Assembly: GCA_031368215.1 (NCBI GenBank)
Contig: JANLRD010000135.1
Span: 11,805-75,804, forward strand
DNA length: 64,000 nucleotides
Direction: 5' to 3'
Source: Acidimicrobiia bacterium
GTDB lineage: Bacteria > Actinomycetota > Acidimicrobiia > Acidimicrobiales > JANYDT01
Below, piece by piece: positions 46,185-55,825 of the stretch. Under the pieces are notes generated by a model, which worked only from the letters and a program-made list of their open reading frames with translations, made no database searches and was not told the DNA's origin. A program made the position numbers and the translations under genes. Each line of letters starts with the position of its first letter. Position 1 is the first letter of the stretch.

Positions 46185-47213
46185 TTAGTGGTGTGTCCAG
46201 CGGCGGAGGAGATCGCGCCAGCCAGGCCCCCACGGCGCCAAGGATCCGTCGGGGAACAACGCGTGCTCGCAGCGGGCGGAGTACGCCAGCGCATGTTGCA
46301 CTCCGGCCTGCGCAAGGTCATGTTCATCGGCCGTGAACGGACTCGCACGAGCTGCCTCGTAGTCACCGATGAACCCGAGGATTTCGTCAACCGTCGGGAT
46401 CATGGGGTCAGCCGTCGACCAGTTGGTCGAGAAGGCTCGGGCGACACCACCCACGACCCACGGCTCGGAGTCCGCGATGAGACTGTCGAGGTCATAGATC
46501 GAACTCACCCGGGGCTCCGGGGCGGGGCTGACAAGGATGTTCTCGGGACGGAGATCACTGTGGGCGACGACCACGCGTCCGACGCCGCGCGCCGTCAATC
46601 CGGCTTTCGCGGCGAGCGACCGGGCGTTGAGTTCGTCGATCCATTCCGCCCCGGCTGTGGTCGCAACGAAATCGAAGATCGGAGAGTGGGGCGGGGGGTA
46701 CGGGCCGGCCCAACGTGGGCGCAGCTCGGTGAAGGCGTCCGTATCGAGCTCTCGCACGATGTCGTGCATCGCGACCGCGACAGCTCGCCGCAGTGCCGGT
46801 GGTCGAACGTCGAGCGTGTCGCCGGCCTCGAGCCACATCTCCACGATTGCCGAGCCGGTCCCTGCTGGAATCGGCGCGTTGAGCAGCGGCGCGGCGACCG
46901 GAAGCCCGGCTGCGTGCAGTCGGCGCTGGGCACGTAGGACACTGATCAGCCGATCACCGCCATGTTGTCGATGCACCTTCACTACGATTCGCCGGCCATC
47001 GGCGAGGTCGAACCCGACAACGACGCCTGAGCTCGCTCGAACCAGGACGACGGCAGTCGGAACTCCGAAGGCGGAAGCCGTCGCGACTATGGCTTCGGCC
47101 GCTGCATCGAGCGGTGCCAAGACGTTGGGCTGGCCACCGCCGAACAGCTCCTGGAGCAGTGGACCGGCATGGGCCGCGTCCAGAGCCTTCGACAGAGCAC
47201 CGACGACGGTCAT
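46185..47213 (-). CDS. APH-fold phosphotransferase (kinase) family protein
   Basis: This is the 3' part of ORF 46185..48443, from ATG 47213 (MTVVGALS). Motifs: VVAHSDLRPENILV (HxDxxxxN), IYDLDS. Confidence 0.75.
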   Translation of the reverse strand: MTVVGALSKALDAAHAGPLLQELFGGGQPNVLAPLDAAAEAIVATASAFGVPTAVVLVRASSGVVVGFDLADGRRIVVKVHRQHGGDRLISVLRAQRRLHAAGLPVAAPLLNAPIPAGTGSAIVEMWLEAGDTLDVRPPALRRAVAVAMHDIVRELDTDAFTELRPRWAGPYPPPHSPIFDFVATTAGAEWIDELNARSLAAKAGLTARGVGRVVVAHSDLRPENILVSPAPEPRVSSIYDLDSLIADSEPWVVGGVARAFSTNWSTADPMIPTVDEILGFIGDYEAARASPFTADEHDLAQAGVQHALAYSARCEHALFPDGSLAPWGPGWRDLLRRWTHH

Positions 47214-47315
47214 CCTGACCAGTCTCGTCGCCCAGCGGGATGCCGCGAAGCGAGAAGTCACCCGTCGGAAAAAACTCGGCGTAAACACTTTGTAAAGCCG
47301 GATCCGCGTACCAGT

Positions 47316-48860
47316 ATGAATCGGGTGAGTACGACATCCGCTTCGCAAACCCTGAGCCCCGACCTCCGCCTGGGTCTGACCTCGGAAATGGTCGACCAGG
47401 GCTCCTTCGATCGGGCGGTCGAGCGATTCCGTGAACGCAAGATCGCACTTCCGACGTTCGCCCAGGTAGCCGATCCCACCCTGCAGCCCCCAGGAGCGCT
47501 GGCGTCGCTCCAGGGTCTCGACCCTGATGCCGCGGACAACCGCAACCTCTGGCGGGTCAACTGGTTCAACGCCGCCGACCGCAAGAGTCGCGTCGAGGTG
47601 CCCGTCCACGTGGTCCTGCCGCCGTCGCTCACCGGGGTCGAGGCGACCATCGTCGTCATGCTGGGCAACAAGTTCCCGATGATCCGCGCCCACAAGGTGC
47701 AGGCGGCCTACGCCGTGCTCGCCCCCCGCCTTGTCACGGGGCAGTTCGACCCGACCTCGCAACGCGCCATCTGGCCGTCGACCGGAAACTACGCGCGCGG
47801 AGGAGTTGCCATCTCGCGTCTCATGGCGTGCCGCGGGACGGCCGTGCTCCCGGAAGGGATGTCGAAGGAGCGATTCGACTGGCTGGCGCAGTGGACGGAG
47901 GACCCCTCCGATGTCGTTCGCACGCCGGGCACCGAGTCCAACGTGAAGGAGATCTACGACACGTGCAACGAGCTGGCCAAGGACCCGCAGAACGTGATCC
48001 TGAACCAGTTCAGTGAGTTCGCCAACTATCTCGGACACTTCCACGTGACCGGCCGTGCCCTGGGCATGGTCTACGAGCACGTGGCCTCGCAGATGCCGTC
48101 GAGCGCCCATCCGAGACTCCGGTGGTTCACGAGTGCGACCGGGTCCGCCGGGACCATTGCCGCCGGCGACTACCTGAAGGAGCACTACGGCACCAACATC
48201 GCCGCGCTCGAAGCGCTCGAGTGCCCGACGATGCTGAAGAACGGGTTCGGCGAGCACAACATACAAGGCATCGGCGATAAACACGTCCCGCTGATCCACA
48301 ACGTCATGAACACCGATGCGGTGATCGCCATCAGCGACCGGGCCACCGACAATCTCGACATCCTGTTCAACACCGCAGCTGGGATGGCCCATCTTCGCGA
48401 TCGTCTCGGGGTGCCCGGTGCGGTCATCGAGCAGCTCACCCACTTCGGGTACTCGGCCATCTGCAACACACTCGGTGCGATCAAGCTCGCCAAGGAGTTC
48501 CGTATGACGGCCGATGACGTCATCGTCACGGTGGCGACGGACGGGTCGGAGCTGTACCCGAGCGAGCGGGAGAAGTTCCTTGCCCGCGACTACTCACAGG
48601 GCTTCGGCGCGGTGGATGCCGCCGAGGTGACCGGCCGGTACCTGCAGGCGATCGATCGCGAGAACATGATTCAGCTCACCGAGATGGATCGTGAGCGGAT
48701 CTTCAACCTCGGCTACTACACGTGGGTCGAACAGCAGGGAACCTCGTTCGCCGACTTCACGGCCCGCAAGGAGCAGTCGTGGTGGAAGGCACTTCGTGAG
48801 CTCGTGCCGGTGTGGGACGAACGGATCACCGATTTCAACCAGCGCACCGGAATGGCGTGA
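47316..48860 (+). CDS. fold-type II (Trp-synthase-beta-like) PLP-dependent enzyme, unassigned subfamily
   Basis: This is the 3' part of ORF 47169..48860, from ATG 47316 (MNRVST). Motifs: GNKFPMIRAHKVQAAY (candidate PLP Lys), STGNYARGG, SATGSAGTIAAG. Confidence 0.75.
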   Translation: MNRVSTTSASQTLSPDLRLGLTSEMVDQGSFDRAVERFRERKIALPTFAQVADPTLQPPGALASLQGLDPDAADNRNLWRVNWFNAADRKSRVEVPVHVVLPPSLTGVEATIVVMLGNKFPMIRAHKVQAAYAVLAPRLVTGQFDPTSQRAIWPSTGNYARGGVAISRLMACRGTAVLPEGMSKERFDWLAQWTEDPSDVVRTPGTESNVKEIYDTCNELAKDPQNVILNQFSEFANYLGHFHVTGRALGMVYEHVASQMPSSAHPRLRWFTSATGSAGTIAAGDYLKEHYGTNIAALEALECPTMLKNGFGEHNIQGIGDKHVPLIHNVMNTDAVIAISDRATDNLDILFNTAAGMAHLRDRLGVPGAVIEQLTHFGYSAICNTLGAIKLAKEFRMTADDVIVTVATDGSELYPSEREKFLARDYSQGFGAVDAAEVTGRYLQAIDRENMIQLTEMDRERIFNLGYYTWVEQQGTSFADFTARKEQSWWKALRELVPVWDERITDFNQRTGMA

Positions 48861-48908
48861 GCGGTTCGATGGTCGCACGAGTCTCACGGCGTCCACAGTG
48901 AACACAGC

Positions 48909-50300
48909 GTGAGCGTCTCGGTCCTTCTCCGATGCGCGGGGTGCGCGGCGACCGTCGACCCGCTCGATGTCGGCGCCCCCGCGCCGTTCAGCTGTCCGAA
49001 CGCTGTTCGCGCCCCCAACGTCGACCACGTGCTCACCTGGGATCCGCTGCTTGCGGGGGTGCGTGAATGGCCTGACGACACGTCGACCAATCCGTTCCTC
49101 CGCTACCGAACGCTCCACCACAGCTATCACCTCCACCTCGGTCTCGGAGGAACCGATCCCGAGTACGTTCGGCTCGTCGAGCGCCTCGACGCGGCGTTGA
49201 TCAAGAACGGAGGGCCCGGGTTCCGGGTCGCTCCGTTGCTCCCGCTCGACGCGCTGAGCACGGCAACGGGCACGGATGTCTGGGTCCGCGATGACACGAC
49301 CGGTGTCGCGGGTTCCCACAAGGCCCGGCACCTCATGGCGATCCTCTTGCACCTCGAAGTCCGCAAGGTGCCGCTCCGCACCCCGTTGGCCATCGCTTCG
49401 TGCGGCAACGCGGCGATTGCTGCGGCCACCCTCGCCCGCGCCGCCGGGCGAACCGTTCAGGTCTTCGTGCCGACCTGGGCGAACCCGGTGGTGCTCGTCG
49501 AACTCCGGTCGCTCGGCGCCCGTATCGTCGAGTGCCCTCGCAAGGAGACCGATCCTCCGGGTGATCCCTGCCTGCATCGCTTCCACGAAGCGGTGGCGAA
49601 GGGTGCGCTTCCGTTCTGCGTGCAAGGTCCCGAGAACGGGTTCACGATCGACGGTGGAGCGACATCGGGACAGGAACTCGTCGACGCATTTTCCATGCTC
49701 GGGGTACCCGACCGTCTGTTCGTCCAGGTAGGCGGGGGAGCATGGGCTTCGGGCGTGTGGCGCGGGCTCCGCGACGGGCGCGGGCTTGGGGCGATCGACC
49801 GGCTTCCCGCGCTGCATTGCGTGCAGGCCAAAGGCTGTGCGCCGCTCGTGGAGGCGTGGCGCACCGTTGCCGGACGCGCGCTGCGAGCGTTGGGCCACGA
49901 GGAACTGTTCGATGAGGGCTTCGACGTGGTCGCCTCTGCGCTGGTCGCGAACGAGGCACGCAGTGCCGTCGAATCGGCCATGCAGTGGGCACTCACCCAC
50001 CGACCCGCGGTTATGCCGGTGTGGCACGATCCGCACGGCGTGGCGACCGGGATCCTCGACGACGAGGCCTACGACTGGGCCGTGCTGGTGCGGAGCATGC
50101 TCGTGAGCGGCGGCTGGCCCGTCACCGTGTCCGACGACCAGATCGCCGCGGCAACCACGTTGGTGAACGCCGGGTCGATCGACGCCGATGAGACCGGATC
50201 GGCGGCCGCCGCGGGACTCGTAGCGTTTCGAGAGCAGCACTGGGGCGTTGCCGACGAACGCGTCGCCGTTACCGTCACCGGGATCCGCCGGCGTCGGTAG
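48909..50300 (+). CDS. threonine-synthase-like fold-type II PLP enzyme
   Basis: ORF 48909..50300. It has an N-terminal CxxC-x16-C element. Motifs: DDTTGVAGSHKARH (PLP Lys context), ASCGNAAIAAA, VQVGGGAWASG. Confidence 0.8.
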   Translation: MSVSVLLRCAGCAATVDPLDVGAPAPFSCPNAVRAPNVDHVLTWDPLLAGVREWPDDTSTNPFLRYRTLHHSYHLHLGLGGTDPEYVRLVERLDAALIKNGGPGFRVAPLLPLDALSTATGTDVWVRDDTTGVAGSHKARHLMAILLHLEVRKVPLRTPLAIASCGNAAIAAATLARAAGRTVQVFVPTWANPVVLVELRSLGARIVECPRKETDPPGDPCLHRFHEAVAKGALPFCVQGPENGFTIDGGATSGQELVDAFSMLGVPDRLFVQVGGGAWASGVWRGLRDGRGLGAIDRLPALHCVQAKGCAPLVEAWRTVAGRALRALGHEELFDEGFDVVASALVANEARSAVESAMQWALTHRPAVMPVWHDPHGVATGILDDEAYDWAVLVRSMLVSGGWPVTVSDDQIAAATTLVNAGSIDADETGSAAAAGLVAFREQHWGVADERVAVTVTGIRRRR

Positions 50301-50354
50301 CGGGTACGCCGAAGCAGGGGGTGTGGCTCAACGCCGCCAGCGTGGACGGTTGGT

Positions 50355-50398
50355 CGTGTTTGCGAGCGGAGCGAGCTGCGTAACGCCGGGCACGGGGG
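50355..50398 (+). repeat. possible accessory module of the repeat family (module B)
   Basis: cgtgtttgcgagcggagcgagctgcgtaacgccgggcacggggg resembles 62207-62259 downstream of copy 4. By-eye alignment gives about 31 of 39 aligned positions plus an 8-nt insertion. Confidence 0.45.
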
Positions 50399-50471
50399 TG
50401 CCGCTAAACGCCTCCCAGGGCCGTTGGGAGGTGTTTTGCCCCCAGATATGGGGGCAACCTCTCTCCCAACG
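50399..50471 (+). repeat. double-hairpin intergenic repeat, copy 3
   Basis: Sequence tgccgct AAACGCCTCCCA gggccgt TGGGAGGTGTTT t GCCCCCAGATATGGGGGC AACCTCTCTCCCAACG. The 12-bp stem contains one G.T pair. Confidence 0.85.
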
Positions 50472-50526
50472 TTCCCCTGAGGAGTTCCGCCGGGCTCCGG
50501 TGATGACGAGCTAGCCTGGCGAACGA

Positions 50527-51147
50527 ATGTTCGTCATCGGCATAGATCCAGGGCTGACGAGGTGCGGGTTCGGCGGCGTCCGTCGGACGAAGGGCGGGCT
50601 CGAAGCGGTCTGTCACGGGGTGCTGGTGACTGCGCCGGATTCCCCGCATCCGCGCCGTCTCCGTGATCTCCACCGTCAGCTCGTCACGCTGATCACCGAG
50701 TACCGGCCTGATGTGGTCGTCGTGGAGCGGGTGTTCTTTCAGACGAACGTCCGGACCGCCATTGGTGTGTCGCAAGCGAGCGGCCTGGCTTTGGCGGCCG
50801 CCGATGAACTGGGGTGTGAGATCGCCCAGTACACGTCGAACGAAGTGAAGCTGGCGATCACCGGCGACGGTTCAGCCGAGAAGAAGCAGACCCAGGCGAT
50901 GGTCGCCCGGACACTGAAGCTCAAGGAGCTTCCCCGTCCCTTCGATGCCGCCGACGCGTTGGCCCTTGCCATCCACCACCTGGGCATGGCGAGCTATGCC
51001 CGTCTTGCCTCGAGCGCGTTCGGTGCCACCCCGCACGCCGCGCCCGCAGGTGCTGGCATCGGCAATGCCCGGATCGCCACGTCCTTCGGCGGGGTGCGCC
51101 TTGCGGTGACACCGTCCGGTCCGTCCAAGAAGGTGCGCGCCCGATGA
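50527..51147 (+). CDS. ruvC: crossover junction endodeoxyribonuclease RuvC
   Basis: ORF 50527..51147. Motifs: MFVIGIDPGLTRCGFG, VVVERVFF, ADALALAIHH. It carries a ~45-aa C-terminal extension. Confidence 0.95.
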   Translation: MFVIGIDPGLTRCGFGGVRRTKGGLEAVCHGVLVTAPDSPHPRRLRDLHRQLVTLITEYRPDVVVVERVFFQTNVRTAIGVSQASGLALAAADELGCEIAQYTSNEVKLAITGDGSAEKKQTQAMVARTLKLKELPRPFDAADALALAIHHLGMASYARLASSAFGATPHAAPAGAGIGNARIATSFGGVRLAVTPSGPSKKVRAR

Positions 51148-51782
51148 TCGGCTACCTGCGGGGCAACGTCGTCGACCGCACCCTCAAAGGTGAGCTCACC
51201 GTCGATGTCGGGGGAGTCGGCTACCGGGTCATCGTCCCCACCGGCCAGCTCGCCCGGATGCTCAGCGCACATACCATGTCCTCGAACCCGGAGGTCACGC
51301 TGTTCGTGCACACCAGCGTGCGCGAAGACGCGATCACGCTCTACGGCTTCGCGACCCGCGACGACCGCACGTGCTTCGAGCTGGTGCTCACCGCGCATGG
51401 TGTCGGACCATCGCTGGCGCTCGCGATCTTGAATATGCATTCGCCCGATTCACTCCGCACCGCGCTCGCGACCGATGATGTGGATGCACTCACGGCCGTG
51501 CCCGGCGTCGGCAAGAAGACTGCTGCTCGATTGCTCGTCGAGCTGAAGAGCAAGCTTGCCGATCTCAACGACTACGACGGGGCGATTGCTGCTGCGGGAG
51601 ACGCGTCCCCGCTGCCGGCCGACTTCGTCGCCGACGCAAGGGCGGATGTGCGCGCCGCTCTTGCCGGTTTGGGGTACGGCGCCGATGAGATCCGGGCTGC
51701 TCTGCGGCGGCTCCCCAGCGATGTGACCGACCCCTCGGCGCTGCTCAAGCACGCTCTCGGCCTTCTCTCCACCGGTGTCTGA
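51144..51782 (+). CDS. ruvA: Holliday junction branch migration complex subunit RuvA
   Basis: ORF 51144..51782. Motifs: [35 protein letters not shown] (HhH). It overlaps ruvC by ATGA. Confidence 0.95.
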   Translation: MIGYLRGNVVDRTLKGELTVDVGGVGYRVIVPTGQLARMLSAHTMSSNPEVTLFVHTSVREDAITLYGFATRDDRTCFELVLTAHGVGPSLALAILNMHSPDSLRTALATDDVDALTAVPGVGKKTAARLLVELKSKLADLNDYDGAIAAAGDASPLPADFVADARADVRAALAGLGYGADEIRAALRRLPSDVTDPSALLKHALGLLSTGV

Positions 51783-52834
51783 TGAGCATTCCGCTGGAAG
51801 ACCCCGCTACTGACGACGACGGCCTCGAATCCCTCCGCCCGCGAAGTCTCACCGAATTCGTCGGACAACCGCAGCTCAAAGAGCACCTCGCTATCGTGCT
51901 CGAGGCGGCGCGAAAGCGCGGTCAAGCGGCCGATCATCTGTTGTTCGCCGGCCCTCCGGGGCTCGGCAAGACCTCTCTCGCGGCGATCGTTGCGCTCGAG
52001 ATGGGAGTCGGGTTCCGCATCACGTCGGGCCCGGCGCTCGAGCGAGCCGGTGATCTGGCGGCGATCCTCACGAACCTCGCCGAGAACGATGTGCTGTTCA
52101 TCGATGAGATCCACCGCCTGCCCCGAGCAGTTGAAGAGGTCCTCTACCCGGCAATGGAGGACTTCCAGCTCGACATCGTGCTCGGGAAAGGTCCGAGTGC
52201 GAGGAGCCTGCGTCTTGATCTTCCCCCGTTCACGCTGATCGGTGCGACCACCCGGGCCGGTCTCATCACGGGTCCGCTGCGCGACCGCTTCGGTCACACC
52301 GCACGGCTCGACTACTACGGTGTCGACGATCTTCGCCGGATCGTCGAACGGGCCGCGCGGATCCTCGATGTGTCGATCGAGGCTGACGGAGCCCACGAGA
52401 TCGCGCGCCGCTCGCGAGGCACTCCGCGCATCGCGAACCGCCTACTGCGCCGCATCCGTGACTACGCCGAGGTACGGGCCGAAGGCATCATCGACCTCGC
52501 TGCAGCCCGCAACGGCCTTGCCGTGTTCGACATCGACGAACTCGGCCTCGACCGTGTCGATCGTGCCATCCTCCGCGCGCTCACCACTCGCTTCGGTGGC
52601 GGACCGGCCGGGCTCTCCACCCTCGCCATCAGCATCGGTGAGGACCCCGAGACCCTCGAATCCATGTACGAACCGTTCCTCATCCAGATGGGTCTCATCA
52701 AACGCACGCCCAAGGGCCGTGTCGCCATGCCAGCGGCGTGGGAGCATCTCGACCTCACTCCGCCGAGCGATGCGGCAACGACTCTCTGGAGCGACGACAG
52801 CGTGCCGCCTTCGGATCGGCGCCTGTTCGACTGA
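51782..52834 (+). CDS. ruvB: Holliday junction DNA helicase RuvB
   Basis: ORF 51782..52834. Motifs: [23 protein letters not shown] (Walker A), LFIDEIHRL (Walker B), [21 protein letters not shown]. Confidence 0.97.
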   Translation: MSIPLEDPATDDDGLESLRPRSLTEFVGQPQLKEHLAIVLEAARKRGQAADHLLFAGPPGLGKTSLAAIVALEMGVGFRITSGPALERAGDLAAILTNLAENDVLFIDEIHRLPRAVEEVLYPAMEDFQLDIVLGKGPSARSLRLDLPPFTLIGATTRAGLITGPLRDRFGHTARLDYYGVDDLRRIVERAARILDVSIEADGAHEIARRSRGTPRIANRLLRRIRDYAEVRAEGIIDLAAARNGLAVFDIDELGLDRVDRAILRALTTRFGGGPAGLSTLAISIGEDPETLESMYEPFLIQMGLIKRTPKGRVAMPAAWEHLDLTPPSDAATTLWSDDSVPPSDRRLFD

Positions 52835-52908
52835 CCGATCTCATGACACAGAGCGCAGACCCCTCTTCGACCACATACCAATCCCCGCGCCCCGCATCCG
52901 GCGTGCGG

Positions 52909-53937
52909 ATGGACGACTACGACTACGACCTCCCGTTCGCATCGATCGCGCAGCGACCGATCGAACCCCGCGACGCGGCACGCCTACTCGTGGCGCTTTC
53001 CGCGCGCCCAGCGCCGGACCATCGTCATATCCATGACCTCCCGTCGCTGCTGGAGCCCGGTGACCTGCTCGTCGTCAATGAGACCCGGGTCATCCCCGCG
53101 CGGCTGCATCTTCGCAAACCGAGTGGAGGAGCGGTCGAGGTGCTACTCCTCGAACACCGGTCCGATCAGAGCTGGCAGGCACTCGTCAAGCCGAGTCGGA
53201 AGGTGGCCAACGGAACGCGGTTACGACCCGGCCCCGGTCTTATCGTCGAGATCGGGGCGGCCCTCGAAGGAGGTCAACGCGTCGTCCGACTGCTTGGGGA
53301 CGACGGCGAACCGCTGGCCTACGGTGCCGAAGAACGTGCGCTGGAGACCTACGGCGAGGCCCCGCTGCCGCCCTACATCACGACCCCGCTCGCCGACCCC
53401 TCCCGCTATCAGACGACCTACGCGCGGGTTGCTGGCAGTGCTGCGGCACCCACGGCGGGATTGCACTTCACCCCGGCGGTCTTCGACGCGCTTGCGTTGC
53501 GCGGCGTCGGCGTGGCGAAGATCGACCTCGCCGTGGGGCTCGACACCTTCCGCCCGGTGACCGTGGATCGGCCGGAGGATCACGACATTCATTCCGAACG
53601 GTACGACGTTCCGGCCGCCACGTGGGATGCCGTGGTTCGCACCCGCGCTGCTGGTGGCCGCGTCGTTGCCGTTGGCACGACGACCGTACGTTCGCTGGAG
53701 ACGGTTGCGGCTTCGGGTGTCCTGTCGGGTCGAACCAAACTGCTCATCTACGGCGACTATCCCTTCGCTGCCGTGGATGTTCTGCTGACCAACTTCCACC
53801 TCCCGCGTTCGTCGCTGCTTCTTCTCGTCGAGGCCTTTGCCGGACCGCGTTGGCGCGCGCTCTACGCCGAAGCCATGTCCGAGGGGTACCGGTTCCTGTC
53901 ACTGGGAGATGCGCTGCTCCTCGGCCGACGAAGCTGA
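52909..53937 (+). CDS. queA: S-adenosylmethionine:tRNA ribosyltransferase-isomerase QueA
   Basis: This is the 3' part of ORF 52738..53937. MDDYDYDLPFASIAQRPIEPRDAARLLV is a typical QueA N-terminus. Other motifs: PLPPYI, APTAGLHFT, VGTTTVRSLE, LLTNFHLPRSSLL. An alternative start lies at 52843. Confidence 0.93.
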   Translation: MDDYDYDLPFASIAQRPIEPRDAARLLVALSARPAPDHRHIHDLPSLLEPGDLLVVNETRVIPARLHLRKPSGGAVEVLLLEHRSDQSWQALVKPSRKVANGTRLRPGPGLIVEIGAALEGGQRVVRLLGDDGEPLAYGAEERALETYGEAPLPPYITTPLADPSRYQTTYARVAGSAAAPTAGLHFTPAVFDALALRGVGVAKIDLAVGLDTFRPVTVDRPEDHDIHSERYDVPAATWDAVVRTRAAGGRVVAVGTTTVRSLETVAASGVLSGRTKLLIYGDYPFAAVDVLLTNFHLPRSSLLLLVEAFAGPRWRALYAEAMSEGYRFLSLGDALLLGRRS

Positions 53938-54054
53938 CGGACTATCGCCCTTGGCGTCCGTCCCACGTTTCGTAGGTCAAACGCGTGGCCGATCGCCGTC
54001 TATTTCCGCGGTCATCCTCGCATCCACGATGAGCAGGTCATAGGGTTCTGCCCC

Positions 54055-54795
54055 GTGAAGTTCGTTGTCGCTGAGTTCGTGCTCTACGCACTGGCGGCCT
54101 TTGCCGTAGGCGTGGCCGCTGGCGCCACATGGCAACGACGACCGATTCGTCGAGCCACAGACCGGGTGCGGCTACTTGAGCGGGCCAAACTCAGCGCCGA
54201 CCAGCGCTGGATCCACGTCGAACGGGAGCACGAGGCCCTGAAGACTGAACTCGCCGAGGCCCGCACGATGCTCAGGTCGGTGTCGGAACTGCGCACCGAA
54301 CTGGCCGAAGTCCACGCCGAGCGCCATGCGGCAGTCGCCGCGCGGGAGGCCGCCGAGATGCAGGTCGCGCGACTTCGCTCTGACCTCGACGCCCGCACAC
54401 TCCCGATGTTCACTCCGGTCCTTCCAGCGGTGACGAGAACGAGCGACGACACCGGGCTCGTGACCCGAGCAGCGGCGCGCGAGCGCGACGACGAGCGCGA
54501 ACTTGCCGATCGACTCGAGTTGGTCCATCGAAACGAAGCGCTCAACGCATCGCTCACCGAGAGGCTTCTCGCCGCCGAACGACATCTTCGCGACCTCCAG
54601 CACCGGCACAACAACTACGTCCGTTCCGCACAGGCCGCGCTGACTGCTGCGGTCGTTCGAGCCGAGCAGGCAGAGGCGGGCCTCTCGGTCGCCAAGGCCG
54701 CGCGGGTGACGCCCGAACCGAAGGCTGCCGGGGCAATCGTGATCGATCTGCGTACGTATCAACCTGCGGATTCGACGGGCCCCGAACCGGCGTGA
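54055..54795 (+). CDS. N-terminally anchored coiled-coil protein (module 1, gene A)
   Basis: ORF 54055..54795. The TM segment is FVLYALAAFAVGVAAGA. A long Ala/Glu/Arg/Leu-rich heptad-like region follows. Confidence 0.65.
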   Translation: MKFVVAEFVLYALAAFAVGVAAGATWQRRPIRRATDRVRLLERAKLSADQRWIHVEREHEALKTELAEARTMLRSVSELRTELAEVHAERHAAVAAREAAEMQVARLRSDLDARTLPMFTPVLPAVTRTSDDTGLVTRAAARERDDERELADRLELVHRNEALNASLTERLLAAERHLRDLQHRHNNYVRSAQAALTAAVVRAEQAEAGLSVAKAARVTPEPKAAGAIVIDLRTYQPADSTGPEPA

Positions 54796-55691
54796 CCGTC
54801 ACCTCGTCATCGGTGAATGAAGGTTCAGCCGGGCGGAAGGACGCCGGCCTCTCCGGTGCGACCGAAGAGGATCTTCCCGGACGTGCGGCCGCTGTTCTGA
54901 TCGGGATCGTCGGTCTCGTCGGGGTTGTGACGTTCGGCTGCATGATCGGCATTCCGGACCTGGAGCATCACCTGCGGTCAGACATCGAGCACCATGCGCT
55001 GCGCGACGTCAGAGCTGTGGAGGTGGCCGTCCATGGGCGTACCGCAGTGCTCACCGGATCCGTCCGGTCGGCCGATGAACGCCGTGCGGTGATCGATCGA
55101 ACCGCTCGACGATGGGGAGTTGCGCGGGTGGACGCAAGAGCTCTCGCGGTGCAGGTCCCGCGTCCGAGCGTGACGAAGCCCGCGTCTGCCGCGTCCGCTC
55201 GGCGATCCAATACCGCCGGCGCCGGGACGGCCGGTCGCTCCCACGCGGTTGGCGCGCCGACCTCGACAGCGCCGGCGACGACGACGACCGTGTTTGATCA
55301 AGCGGCGGTCGGACGGCTCGAGACGGAGTTGTCATCGATCCGCCTCGCCGCTCCGATCGTCTTCGCGCGTTCGAGTCCAACGTTGCTCGCATCGGGGAGG
55401 ATCACCCTCGACCGGATCGCCGAAGCTCTGTCCCGGACGCCCGTGCCCATTCGTATCGAGGCCCACACCGATTCCAGCGGCGATCCGCAAGCCAACGTGA
55501 TCCTCAGCACCCAGCGGGCTGAGGCCGTGCGAAACGCGTTGATCGCGAGAGGCGTCAGTCCAGCGATACTCACGGCGGTCGGAAGGGGAGCGTCCAGCCC
55601 GATCGCCAGCAACGGCTCCGCTGCGGGGCGTGCCAGCAACCGGCGAGTGGAGTTCATCGTCGTTTCCCCGACCGCCGGACCGAATCCGTAG
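54792..55691 (+). CDS. TM-BON-OmpA_C peptidoglycan-binding protein (module 1, gene B)
   Basis: ORF 54792..55691. Its GTGA start overlaps gene A. The BON-like part is VAVHGRTAVLTGSVRSADERRAV. The OmpA_C part is IVFARSSPTL...IEAHTDSSGDPQANVILSTQRAEAV...NRRVEFIV. Confidence 0.85.
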   Translation: MTVTSSSVNEGSAGRKDAGLSGATEEDLPGRAAAVLIGIVGLVGVVTFGCMIGIPDLEHHLRSDIEHHALRDVRAVEVAVHGRTAVLTGSVRSADERRAVIDRTARRWGVARVDARALAVQVPRPSVTKPASAASARRSNTAGAGTAGRSHAVGAPTSTAPATTTTVFDQAAVGRLETELSSIRLAAPIVFARSSPTLLASGRITLDRIAEALSRTPVPIRIEAHTDSSGDPQANVILSTQRAEAVRNALIARGVSPAILTAVGRGASSPIASNGSAAGRASNRRVEFIVVSPTAGPNP

Positions 55692-55825
55692 GCTTCACGC
55701 AGAAGGTATCCGCTGCGAGGAGTGGCAGTGATTGCCACGAATCGGTGTCACGGGGGAACTACCTTCGAACAGTACCGCTGGCTTCGTCATCGTTCGACGA
55801 GTTCTGTGAGACCTGAGGTCACCCG

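Noticed and set aside
47214-48443. Upstream part of the 752-aa ORF 46185..48443 (-)
   Set aside because: It is antisense to the PLP-enzyme gene 47316..48860. The kinase-fold protein begins at ATG 47213.
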